Assembly (NCBI GenBank): GCA_051362555.1
Contig: CM120647.1
Span: 13,988,651 to 14,052,650 of the forward strand
Direction of reading: 5' to 3'
Length of the DNA: 64,000 nt
From: Lingula anatina
Taxonomy: Eukaryota; Animalia; Brachiopoda
Positions 26,133 to 38,603 of the stretch are shown in pieces (position 1 is the first letter of the stretch; each line of letters opens with the position of its first letter). The notes under the pieces are model-generated. The model was not told the DNA's origin. It saw only the letters and a program-made list of their open reading frames with translations, and made no database searches. Position numbers and translations under genes: made by a program.

Positions 26133-26679
26133 TTAATAATATTTTGTAAGTTATCTGAAATGTTGAAAGCCAAGTATACCGTCATTTAAATACAAGAATA
26201 CAGGTGAAATATCATTTTCAGAGTCAATCAAATGTGTTAAATTTTCATTGAAAATTTAAAAATAAAAGAATTATCAGAGAAACTAAAGCAATCGATAATA
26301 AAGGACATTGACGTGATATAGTTTGGATATGTTACCTCAAATTGTGAACAGTTGACACATCCAGGTAAAGGACAATTTTTAAATAACATTGATACATTCT
26401 TACATTAAATTACTTAATCTAGCTTTTAAAAAATGTTCCGAGTTCTTTTTTTAAATCAGGTGGTCTGAATTAATGTTTACCACAAAATGTCAATGACAGC
26501 AGACAAGGTCTAGACATAACACGTATGTAATCTTTTGTAACAAATCCGCTCCCAAAGATTAAATGAACATCCACACTAAATACTATTTACTTATATGATC
26601 TATATTAAGACAGGGCTTCTTGTCCGACTTCATAACATGAAAATATATGATAAAAGGGAATTCATTTCCAAAGAGACTG

Positions 26680-26723
<44 letters not shown>

Positions 26724-29093
26724 GCGTGATTGTGCATATGTGTGTGCGTTTTCATGTTTCTGTGTGTATAAAACGTATCCAGAACCGAGCAAATCTGGTA
26801 AAGAATAAAAATTGCAAACAGGCTTAAAATGCGGACACCGTTTTAAAATTTTGGGTGGACATCATCCAACGTATTATATATGTGGCTATGCATGATATAG
26901 ATTTCGTCTCTCTGCAGCTTGATATACAAAAACATTTTTTCTTTTATATATTTCCTATAAGTAAACATTTAGAATACAACACAATGTAGAAGGATCGTTT
27001 GGCAATACATGCCAGTGTTCTTTGTTACAGTATAAGTAGAGAGGGGTGTTTTTTCACTTTTTTGGAAAAGTCAAGGTCTACTCCCTGAATTTATGTAATG
27101 GGACATAAGAAGTGTAAAAAAACATTTTACCCCCTCTAACCCCCTGTACAATCCCCCTGAAGTAAATGATCTTCGCCGATCTAGCGGTTTTGGACGCTTG
27201 TTTAGCATTTTGGTAAAGTATATATGTCGTATTGTGAGTAATTAAAATGCTCGAAAAGGATAATATTTTATGTTTGCAGTATGTTCATACATCTGTCACT
27301 ATAGTTTAGTAATTTAATTGATGTTAAGATGCTCAAACACATATTTACTTTCTTTAAATTGTCTGAATGAACTCCTCTGTAGGTCTAGGGATGCAGAAGT
27401 AGATACATACATGACACAAACATTTTTGGTGATTATCAACACTTGCCTTTTGTTGACAATAATAGGGAAGGGTAAATAATAACTTATTTGGAAAACCCTA
27501 GAGGATTACGTGTTTTAAAGGCAAAATGGATCAGAAAGTCCATTTCTAATGAGGATTTTGAACTATGAGCATTATTTAGATCGATAAAAACCAGCATACA
27601 ATTTGTTTGGATAGCATACAAAGTGTGTGTACTAAATATAGAAATTGGCTGTATGTAAATACCTCATTACCTGTACTGAATATGGTTGGCTGAATCTCCT
27701 AATTTTTATTAACAGGTATTTGCTTTGGCAGAAATGGATGCTTAACATATGAAACAGCTTTTTTCCAGAACAACCATCTACATGTAGGCTGGTAAAACCA
27801 CAATTTTCGCTGATATAACGCCCTTACAAGTGTTTCATCATCAGCAATTAAATGACCTATACTTTGTACTGTTCCTTTTCATATGTTCATATTTAGGGTT
27901 GTAAAAAATATTTTTCTTATGTTAGCACTGTCATTTTTACATCTGAAATGGATTTTGGTTACCTTGTGTGTTGGTAGTTGACAAGCTTGATGGAAAATCC
28001 AAAATCTCAGTGAGTCAAAACAAGGAGTGATGATGAGATATCTGAGATATCTAAAGTTCTGTTGGATGTGAATTGTAAGGACATATTAGAATTATCCTCA
28101 CCTCAAGCAACCAGAGGGATATTTTCTTAAGATTATGAAAAATGATGGATGATATATCTTTGTTGTTCATGTATGCAGACAGGAAGCAATCACTATCATA
28201 AACTGAGACCAGCAAAGGATACCCAATGTCTGCATGTCTGCATGCCCAAGAACATCGTTCCTCTCTTTGAGTAGAACATTTCCAACAGAAGACTGTTGTA
28301 TAATTATAAATTGAAGAAACTAATGAGGCTGTGTTGCAGTGTGAAATACATGGATAGAGAAGGATGGATGGTACATGTATATGATATTGAAGGGTCTAGT
28401 TCAATCTAAACAAACAATATATAGATAACAAGGTTTAGCCCGCCTTTTATCCACTAACCACAACGTAGTTCACTTAGCCTATCATTAGGTTATTCATAAT
28501 ATGAAATCTGCTGTAGGAAGCAGATCTGTGCATGGTAGGTTCAGGATTTCGGGGATTTGGCTGGGGGGGGGGGGGCAAAGAAAAGCATGTCAAAGGGAAA
28601 CAGTAAACCACGCACTTATATGCATACTTTAATATCTATGTCATCTATGTTGCTCATGTCTAATTTCACTCATGATATTTTCTGGGGGTGGGGGATCAAT
28701 AAGAAGGTGATACCTTGAACGATTAGGAGAGAGGGGGCGGGTCCATTGGTAGCAAGTAAATTCAGAGATCACCCTACTCAAGTTTGAGGCTTTGCATACT
28801 AGGTAGTAACCACAAGCAAGGCCTCCTGTCACTGTGTGGTTTAAACACTTAAGTAACCTGGGCTCTATAACTCGATAGCTTCACAAATTGCGAACGCACC
28901 TAAACTTAGATATGTGGGATGGCGATTGCAAATACAACGCAATATTTGTGAGTCCAAAAGTACAGTTATAGCCTCGAACTCTTTTAAAGCTCGATTGCCG
29001 CATAATGTGAAGACGGCAGAGCACAATCACACATTATGTAATTGTATTTGATTATGCTATCAATCAAGATTTTGTTATAATTGATAGGAATAT

Positions 29094-30760
29094 TAGGCCA
29101 GTCAATAAACAACTTAGGTTGGAAAAAAATTGGTGACAAAGGTTTCTCAACTGATTCTGGTCCGTTGAAGGCCCAATATAGCCGAAAAAAATTCCCCCAT
29201 GAATCCCCCCATGGCAAAGTCTCATTTTCCACAAAAATCCAAAATGGCCGCTATTGAATGGGGTGGGTGGACTTGAAATCCATAACTTGGGAACCCAATG
29301 TCACAGAAACATGTTTTAAGTATCAACTCCTACTAAGTGAGTGATACCCAATGTTTTGCAACTAGTCTCAAGGTCACTAGAGGTCAAGGTCATGACCTTA
29401 TTACAAGGTCAAAGCATTTTTGGAGGAAAAAAACCCCGTAATATCTATATGACAGTTTCCCAATATCACAGAAACAAACATGTTTTAAGTATCAACTCCT
29501 ACTAAGTGAGTGATCCCCAATCTTTTGCAACTAGTCTCAAGGTCACTGGAGGTCAAGGTCATGACCTTATTACAAGGTCAAAGCATTTTTGGAGCAAAAA
29601 AAAACCCATACGGTCTATATGCCAGTTCCCCCGTTGTCATAGAGACATGTTATAAGAAACAATATCAACCAAGTGGGACACTGCCAAACACTTGCAACTT
29701 TTCACTTTTAGTTCCTGTATAATGTAAAACACAGCTTTATTTAAACATATAACTGTATAACATTTAGTGATTTTGAAATGGGTACAGTATACCCTTAAGC
29801 CTTGTAAACCGAATGTCATTGATTTAAATGAGTACTATGGAGTAGTGCCGATGCCTTTTCTGTAATGAAATATTCTTTAAACAATCACCTGTGTTGTTTT
29901 TGATTAGTGTAAAATCAATTTTTCTTAAATGTTATGACAACCTTGTTATAAGGGTATGACCCTGACCGATGGTGATCCTAGAAATAGTTTAAAATGATTG
30001 GCAATATGTAACTTACTATGAATCGATACTTTAAACATGTTTCTGTGACATAGGGTTATCAAAATATATACATGATGGCATTTTGTTCAAGCTAAAAATG
30101 CCATGACCTTGAAAATAAGATCATAACATTGACCTCTGGTGGCCTAGAAAGCATTTAAAAATTATTCGCAGAACCTCACTTAGTAGGAAATGATATTTAA
30201 ACATGCTTCTGTGACATCCAATTACAAAGGTTTAGATAATATGGGAATTTTCTGCTCGAAAAATGCAGTGTCCTTGAAATTAGGGTCATGACCTTGACCT
30301 CTAATGACTCTGAATAAATTTGCGAAAGATTGGCGGTGCATTATTCAATAATAGTTAAAACTAAAATATGTTTTTGTGACATTAGGTTACCAATATATGG
30401 ACACCACGTCATTTTTTTGCTCGCAAAATGTATAGATCTTGGGATTAGGTCTTGACCTTGACTTCCTGTGACCTTGAGACTAGTTGCAAAAGATTGGGGA
30501 TCCCTCACTTAGTAGGAGTTTATACTTTAAACATGTTTCTGTGACATTGTGTTCCCAAGATATGGACTTCAAGGTGACCCACCCCATTCAATGACGGCCA
30601 TTTTGGATTTTCGCCGAAAACAGGACTTTGCCATGGGGGGATTCATGGGGGAAATTTTTTGGGTTATATTGGGCCTTCAACGGACCAGAATCAGTTGAGA
30701 AACCTTTGTCACCAATTTTTTCCAACCTCAATGGGGAAAATATGCTCGTTTACTGGCCTA
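29094..30760. mobile_element. Foldback-type non-autonomous DNA transposon, Academ-like termini
   Basis: TAGGCCAGT...ACTGGCCTA ends, inverted arms over 300 bp, internal ~166-169-bp tandem units in both arms. TSD not recognisable, so the superfamily call is an inference. Confidence 0.75.
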
Positions 30761-31020
30761 CGACTTTAAATACTGACATTTGAAGTATTTGGCGCCAATG
30801 AAGTCCTAACTAATACAATAAGGGAAGCACATGTGTTTTTATGGACCGATACAATAACTGATACTTTGATAAGCTATGTTCAATCTCATAAAAACACAAA
30901 CAGAGAAATGTCAAGGTGTGACTCAATGTTTTGTTTCTGCTTTTCAATTTGTGAAGGAAATGACACGTTTAACGTTATCTAAATACTGGGAACACGCTTT
31001 GTATATAAAATCTACAGTAA

Positions 31021-31834
31021 CAGGCCTAATCAACTACCAGACTCGGCACCTATGGATCCAGAATAAACCGGTATATCAGACCACACTACCCGTTTTCAAG
31101 GTGTGTGTCAGATCGCATTACAGAGTATCAGCCACCACACCGATTTTGCCTGGTGCGCGATGTGATAGCGATGATCGTCTATCTTATTTAGACCACGGGT
31201 CCATTAGCGGGTTATAACGCATTCATGCGAGACGTGCGGTTATGCGAGTTACACCACGTCTGAATCTTTTGTTCTTCACTTCCACCGTGGTCTAAAGCGG
31301 GGTTGGAAAGTAGTGCATCTCATCTAGATTCATGCGCTGCTGCAATTTTCCCTGTTTATGCTAAAAATCTGACAATACCGCAATTTTTAACATAAAATTT
31401 AGGTTCGAACATACCCAATGATGTTTTGTAAATAAGACCTTGCAAATTTATATATTCATTTAGAAATGTAGACCTAATTTTGATAGCGGAAGCATATTCT
31501 GTCGGGGGTTAAACATTTTCTGGCCGAGATTCAGTGAGTCGTCTGTCGCCATGTTGTCACTCGGAACTACTCCAATGTCTCCGCACTCGACAATAGTATG
31601 GAGCTTGCGGAATGAGCCAAGGATTGCCGATTTCCATGTTGTTGTATTCATACGACTCCTACTTGACGGAAACGAGTCGCGATACCCGGATGACAGGTAG
31701 GCTTACAAAATTTGTGATGGGGTATGATAATCTGTAATGCGATCTGACACACACCTTGAAAACGGGTAGTGTGGTCTGATATACCGGTTTATTCTGGATC
31801 CGTAGGTGCCGAGTCTGGTACTTGGGTAGGCCTG
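31021..31834. mobile_element. MITE with ~100-bp TIRs and 5-bp TSD (hAT5-like), copy 1
   Basis: AGTAA|CAGGCCTA...TAGGCCTG|AGTAA. Confidence 0.85.
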
Positions 31835-32054
31835 AGTAAACTTCAAGGGCACTATACGCAGCTCATGTACACTTAAAAAGTTAATGTCACACCGCTCTCT
31901 TAGTTGTTTAGTCATAGGGCATTCATGCAGAACATGCCTCTCTGTCCGCTCTGATACCCCGCAAACACACAGTCTCTTGTCTCTAGTGATACGCCCACCG
32001 CCCAGTTTCTATACCCAGGTTGTGTGACCAAGTGCGGAAACGTGTGAAAGTTAA

Positions 32055-32400
32055 AAGGATAACAACTGTTCATATTGGCCAAAAAATGAATTTTCCTGGT
32101 GTAAACAACAATTTTCCCATACTGACCAATGGTCAATGAATCCATTTCTACATTCAAAGTTAGTCCTTTTTTTTCTAAAAAAATTTGCTTTATTGTAATA
32201 ATCTAAGAGATAATTACAAATATTTACAGATATTTACAGATAATTACAGATAATTATAGTCATCTATGGAGGTCACATGGCCCGATGGCAAGCATAGATT
32301 TAAGAATAATTGCTATAACTGCAGTTTTTTGTGTTAAAATATAATAAATAATATATATAAGAATTGTTTACAATGTATTTATAGTGAAATATAGATTTTA
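32055..32400. mobile_element. Kolobok-like MITE, right end degraded
   Basis: TTAA|AAGGATAA start; aligns with 57890-58227. Confidence 0.65.
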
Positions 32401-32620
32401 AAGTTGTTAACATCTTATACTCCGGGATAGCGGTGGTTTGCTTGTAAAAACTATGAACCTTTCAAATTAGAATTTAGTGTCTGTCTATAAGCTGTAAACA
32501 TGGATCCAGTTTCTAATGAAATAGTTTCCTTAAATTCCATTTTCAACTCTACCTCTGCAGATTTTGATAATCTTGTTTTATATTTGAAGGCTTTTGCATT
32601 ACAATTGAAACAGAGGCTCT

Positions 32621-35600
32621 TAGTCGAGTAGCCAGAACGCTAACCCTGCAATGTTTTTTCCTGTAAACTTTTTTCGCTGAAATGCATTCTTTAGGTCGAG
32701 AGAAGCAAAATTAGCTTGGTTGCTATTTCCGAGACCTTGAGCATTTTTCAATATGGCAGTCAATTTATGAGAAAAAATAGAAAAACGAGCAGAAGTCGCC
32801 GGGTAAACTTTATTGACAGCTTTTTTGAACGTGTATCCTATCAGGAGAGCACAACAGTACTAGTGAATACACTTAAGCCCGTTACATATGGCAAAAAAGC
32901 CAAAATGGCCGTCAAAACATATGGCAGAAAGTAAAAACAGCTGCAAAATAAGTTCGTTTTTTGCAAATTAAGTCTTATTAAAACATTTCCGCCTTTTCTA
33001 TTTATGTCCATTATGATAATTTGTTAGTCATGATTCTAAACTCTCAGAAACTGCTTATTTGACATTAATCAGATGGTGGCAGACGGTGCCATCTCCTGAG
33101 AGTCCATTTGCCACTCCGACGAGCCCCATAGTCAAAGCTTGCTATGTTATATCTTGCAAGCTTTTTTAAAAGAAATTGTTTCATCTGGGTTACAAAACTT
33201 AGAGAAGCTTATATAACGAGATATTTACAATTTTTCAAAATTCAAGATGGCCGTCAATTTGTTATGTGTAAGCGAGAGCCATACATTCAAATAAAAAATC
33301 GATGCTTCACTCCATTGTTCATCATTGCATATTTATATTTATATCCATGCAAAGCGCGATCATTTATTTCATTTTGCAAGTTATTTTAATAAAAATGGCA
33401 TCCAAAACATAATGGAAGGGCAAAGAAACAACTGTAAAACTACAAAGCTTTTAACTGAAATAGACTTTAACTGGAACAAATATAAATACATATATAAAGT
33501 GAAAAACGATATACCTGCGTTCAAGACACAGCACACAATAAAACATATTTTTAGGTTAAATGATACGAAAAACGAAAACCAATATGTCCATCAATGCTGC
33601 TCTATGACCAAACCAAACATTGATTGCGGATATCTCAGTCCTGACAACTAATTTTTCATTCTAAATCAAAAATTAATGAAAGGTATTATCATTCTAGTAT
33701 GTGTATACTAAATCATTTTGAAATAAAAAAAAGGCGTCAAATCGTTTTATTCTTATCCTTTTTTTTTGTAAACGTTTTAAATATTTTAACAGCTATGGGT
33801 AAAGGCATTTTTGTTGTTTAATAATGAATTTTATTATAAATAACCGAGATCCAAGCAGGGGTATACAAACCCAGAGGTTAGGGCCCATGAGGTCAGCTAT
33901 TCTGGACAACGTGACATAGTACGGGGATATGCGAGGGCTATCCATCGACATCATGTATTCAAAATGTTGTTTTTGCCAATATACACTTACAGATAATGGA
34001 AGCTTTGAGATAGTAATGTATGCATTTTTCTACTTGTAGGGTAGATGTAATTATTCATTGTGCATTTATTGATGACTAAGTGCTCGGGTAGTTTAGATAA
34101 TGATGAGTTGTCATGTTGCCATAGTTCATTGCACATGGGTAAGCTTTTTTTTTTTGCAAAAATGGACCAAATACACACTGAACAATACTCAGTGGGCATC
34201 TGCACATTTTGAGGATTGGTTGTGGAGGCCTATAAAGGCCCCAAAAAGGCCACCCGGCCACCCATGTTGTTAGTTCAGTGAACGGAATCATGCCATGTCT
34301 ATCATGTGAACAACGTACATCTCTGGCCACTGGGTGTGAGGGGAGTCTGATTTGAGCTATAATGTATGGGCTGTTCCCAACCCACAATCAGGAACCTGGT
34401 TAAATGCCACAACGTGCCTGGCTCTGTTGGCTATATACCGCAGCCAAGGCGAGAGAGTGTCAACTCCAGACCAGGATCGCTACACCAGGTTGCATCACCT
34501 ACGGGACCAGTTTCGCCATGCCAGTCTTACAGCACAAGAGGCACCCGGCAGCCCCACTGTGCGTCGACACTTGCTGGCGGTCAGCCGATGGTGGTCGCTG
34601 ATGGCAACATACCAGTAACTGCTCGTCACTACATAGATCAGATCCTGCAACCTCACATAACCTCGTTCATGCAGCAGAAAACTGATACCACGTTTTCCCA
34701 ACAGGACATGACCCATTCACATTCGGCACAAATGATCCAAGTGTATCCAAAGGTGGATGTCCTACCCCGGCCTGTCTATTTTCCGGATATGAATCCGATT
34801 GAACACATCTGGTACTACATATATCTTGGCCGTCCGTTGGCCAAGGCAGCAGCTGATCGAGGCACTACGACAAGGCTGGAATAGGATTCCACACGACACC
34901 ATCCCATCCACATTTATTGCCCGAGCATGCGCCAACAGATCGCCGCCTGCATCGAAGCAAGCGGAGATCGTACCGGCTATTGACCGTTGTGACTTTGTGT
35001 TGGGCTGGTGCCATTTTTGTTTTGAAACTATTCATGAAACTTAAGATTTTTGGTTCTGTATACCAATGTCCTAAACAAATGATTCGTATGAAAATAATCC
35101 AGTTTAGAGCTTCAAAATAACAATTATTTTGAAAAATATGGCCTCAAAGATGTTAATGGCTGTCAGTATACATGTATAACCAAAAGATTTGTAAGATGTT
35201 TTGCTTATTGACTCTTTAAAATGTAAAGTGAAAAAGTGCAGTAATAAGAAAAACTAGAAATGCTGTTATATACTGATGAAATATTCTTACACGTGCCATC
35301 TCAATAAAAAGAATGGGAAGTTTTAAAGCTAAATTTTATGTACATACTGAAAAAAGTTATGATAAAGATATAAAATTAAAATATTAAGGTATGATCAATA
35401 TAAAAACAAAAACGAAAAAAAATATAGGTTAATATTTTAGCAAAAGTTAAATTAAATTACACTCGCCCCCTCCCACCCTCGTCCCCACCAACGGACTTGG
35501 TGGGACTCCATGTAAATATAAGAGTCCCAATTGCAGATTAACATTTTAGACTCCCTGTGCCCAAATTCCTGCAGAACCCCCTGTTGGCCCTTGATAAACT

Positions 35601-36550
35601 TTCTGTATCAAAAAGAGAACTTACGTAGTGGTCAGTCCTATCAATGATCCTCTTTTATAGAGTCTTAGTATAACTGCACCTTACAAGTTCACTTTGTCAA
35701 TAAATAACAGGGTTGGATATATTTTATTACACGCCGAATTATCAGTTTAAAACGTAATTTAACTGCTTTTTTTACCTTTTTTGGGCATGTTTTAGCGGTC
35801 ATTTGAAATGCGGAATACCATGCACTTTAAACCCGACTCTTTGCTATGTTACATAAATATTTACTTATAATATAATGATATTATAATATATTTTTATATT
35901 ATTGACGGCCATCTTGAATTTTGAAAAGTGATCAATGTTCCATATCTAGCCACTGCCAAGAAAGCCCAAATTAAATTGGCTTTTATACTCCCAAAGTGTT
36001 AAGTTATTTTAAAAAATTCAGGGAATAACATTTTAAGTATTTGACTATGGGACCCGGAGAAGTAGCAAACAGACTCTTGGGGGGTTATTGAACTGTCAGA
36101 TAAGCTTATTCCAAGAGTTTCGGGTCATGTCTAACAAAATATTATAATTAACATAAATATAAAAAGGGGATATGATTTTAATAAAAATAAATATGCAAAA
36201 AACAAACTGATTCTGCAGCTTTTATCATTTTCTGCCTTATGTTTTGACGGCCATTTTGGTTTTTTGCTAAGTGGTACGCGCTTAAGCGTATTCACTAGTA
36301 CTGTTGTGCTCTCCTGATAGGGACACGTTCAAAAAAGCTGTCAATAAAGTTTACCCGGCGACTTCTGGTCGTTTTTCTATTTTTCCTCATAAATTGACGG
36401 CCATATTGAAAAATGCTCAAGGTCTCGGAAATAGCAACCAAGCTAATTTTGCTTCTCTCGGCCTGAAGAATGCATTTCAGCAAAAAAAGTTTACAGGAAA
36501 GAACATTGCAGGGTTCGACTATTGGGCCTATGGGAGTGGCGACTCGACTA
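32621..36550. mobile_element. 3.9-kb Academ-like DNA transposon with long TIRs and 3-bp TSD
   Basis: TCT|TAGTCGAGT...ACTCGACTA|TCT. Inverted arms are near-identical over ~300 bp and traceable for ~650 bp. No own transposase seen. Confidence 0.85.
33984..35168 (+). mobile_element. Degenerate Tc1/mariner element nested in the Academ-like element
   Basis: Frameshifted transposase: GCSQPTIRNL, STPDQDRY-RL-HLRDQF, QQDMTHSHSA, PDMNPIEHIW. Degenerate TIRs flanked by TA. Confidence 0.85.
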
Positions 36551-37169
36551 TCTATACGCAAATGCAAGGGCCATCTATAATCCTCTTCTGAGAAATAAGT
36601 TTTGATAATTACGCCCTTTGGTTTGCTCTAACACGGGATCTTAACATTGGCAAACCTGCCTCAATTAAACAAACCAAGTTAGGGTAGAGTTTTGACAGCC
36701 ATCGTACTTACGTATATAACATGTACTTGTACATTTCCTAAACGATTGCCAAGCCAACATTACGGCTGTACTGGTATAAGATCGGCGGTAAAAATTCCAC
36801 TTCAAATGCTTTTGTTTCACCTATAAACGAAAATCTACATTTCTGTTCACAAATGCAAAAATATTCACACATGTCATCTCTTGTCTACAACGATTATCTA
36901 GCACACTTTCGGGACTAACCAACTACCAGACGCGGCACGGAAGGATCCAAAATGCAACGTAGACCGGAGTACGCTACCAGTTCTCAAGGTGCACATCAGT
37001 ACTCGCTTCAAAGTATAAGACGCGGTACGCGCTCCAGGGAAGAGGGTGTGTATCTAATACTTAGGATTCACAGTTATGAACCTCAAAAAATTTTATGGGA
37101 GCTATATTGCCCACCTTTCCGTTATTGACCAGTTGAAGATTGATTAACTTCCATCCCTGAATTTTACAG

Positions 37170-37202
<33 letters not shown>

Positions 37203-38603
37203 CCTAATGATATTTTGTCTACACGTTGCAAGGAGGATCGCATCTACCATTTTATATTTGTGAGTGGTGATTCTGTAAAAATAATCTAGTTTACATCAAT
37301 TTTTAAGATCTCTAACTAACCTGTATTTAAATATACATAGTAAGCAGGAGACAGCTTGTAGGAAAACCCTGCCTTATTCCATCACATGTCATATACTGCT
37401 GTGGCGCCTAGAATCATTCGCGAATTCTTGAAAGTACCTGGCAGTTAAGGCTCCCACCATTAGCCCTCCAAACCCTAAAGTTTTCAACTTCGAATTTGTA
37501 TAGCATCCTTCGAGTGAAAACTTGCTGCAAGTCTCCGTTTTTTAAGAAGAAAATGAACCCTATATTCTTGAATTGCAGAATTGTTTTTAATACCTTCGTG
37601 TTTCGTGCAATTCGAAGATTTTCCCATCCCCCCCCCTTTTTGGTTTCTGAAAAGTATATCACGCCAATATCCACCTCTTGTAATTAGAATTTAAACTGGC
37701 TGATTTATAGTCCTAAACCGTATCAAAACACCAAAACTATTTCACCCCCTTCAAATTATCCTGATCCGCCCCTGTTGATCCACTTTGGTTGCTGAAAGTG
37801 CTGCTGCTTTTTCATCAGCTTTAATAACGTTCGTCATTTTGTTTGCGGTAAGATCAAAGTCACTAATTTTCTAACGGCTGTCAAGGATACGTCTTTCCAT
37901 AAAATGATAATAGATAAGTCATTTGAACCGATAAAATACAAAGAAGAAACATTCATTCTACAGATGAGTCCAGGAGCCCAGGCCTCGGACAAGGCAAGAC
38001 GCAAAAGTATTCATATTTAGACTGGTGATAAAACAGAATTCATCAACTCCATTATATTTTAAAACTCTTGTCTTACAAAATAAACGCCTTTAACGGAAAC
38101 GTAATGGATATATTAAGGATTAACTGCCGATCGCTTTAAGAGCCCAGATTTTCAACAAGGTTAAGGCAGGTATATATATCTCTATATAAGATCGAGTTGG
38201 CACGCATTTAGTTCAATTCATAATCTTTGCTTTCTCTATTGGGTAATAGTCTATCCTAAATGTTAGTACCAAGATAAATGTACCACAGCTCGTGACCAAA
38301 GTCTTTTTTTTTTTTGTCAATATAATTAATAACAATAATATTTAAGTCCATGAAATACTTAAAGATCAATAGATTTTACAATGTTAAAATGTTAGAATAT
38401 TAGAAAAAAAAACAAAACCGCATCCGATACATTTAGTTAAAGGGATAAAACTCTTCGTATGAGATCTATATTTCACAATAAAAACATTGTGGATAACTCA
38501 TAGAAATATAATACATTGTGTTTTACCACAAAACGCCAGTTATAGCTATTACTCTGATATCTGAGCTTGTCTTTAGACCACGGGACCTCCATTGATGGTT
38601 ATA

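Larger units (their letters stand above)
20560..28470 (-). pseudogene. Four further tandem, partly deleted copies of the decayed ORF family
   Basis: The block TGCGCAACATACCAGTGTCCTTTGTTAC recurs at ~21371, 22976 and 24925, and truncated at ~27010. Blocks 21730-22450 and 25830-26530 are paralogous. Interrupted by (CA)n and (ATT)n tracts and by TE insertions. Confidence 0.55.

Noticed and set aside
31021-31834. 5-bp TSD suggesting a Transib or RAG-like transposon
   Set aside because: Termini are CAGGCCTA, not CAC-heptamer-like, and there is no RAG or Transib coding remnant.
32716-36591. Near-identical ORFs on opposite strands (32716-32934 + and 36295-36567 -) suggesting an inverted gene pair
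   Set aside because: They are simply the two long TIR arms of the Academ-like element.
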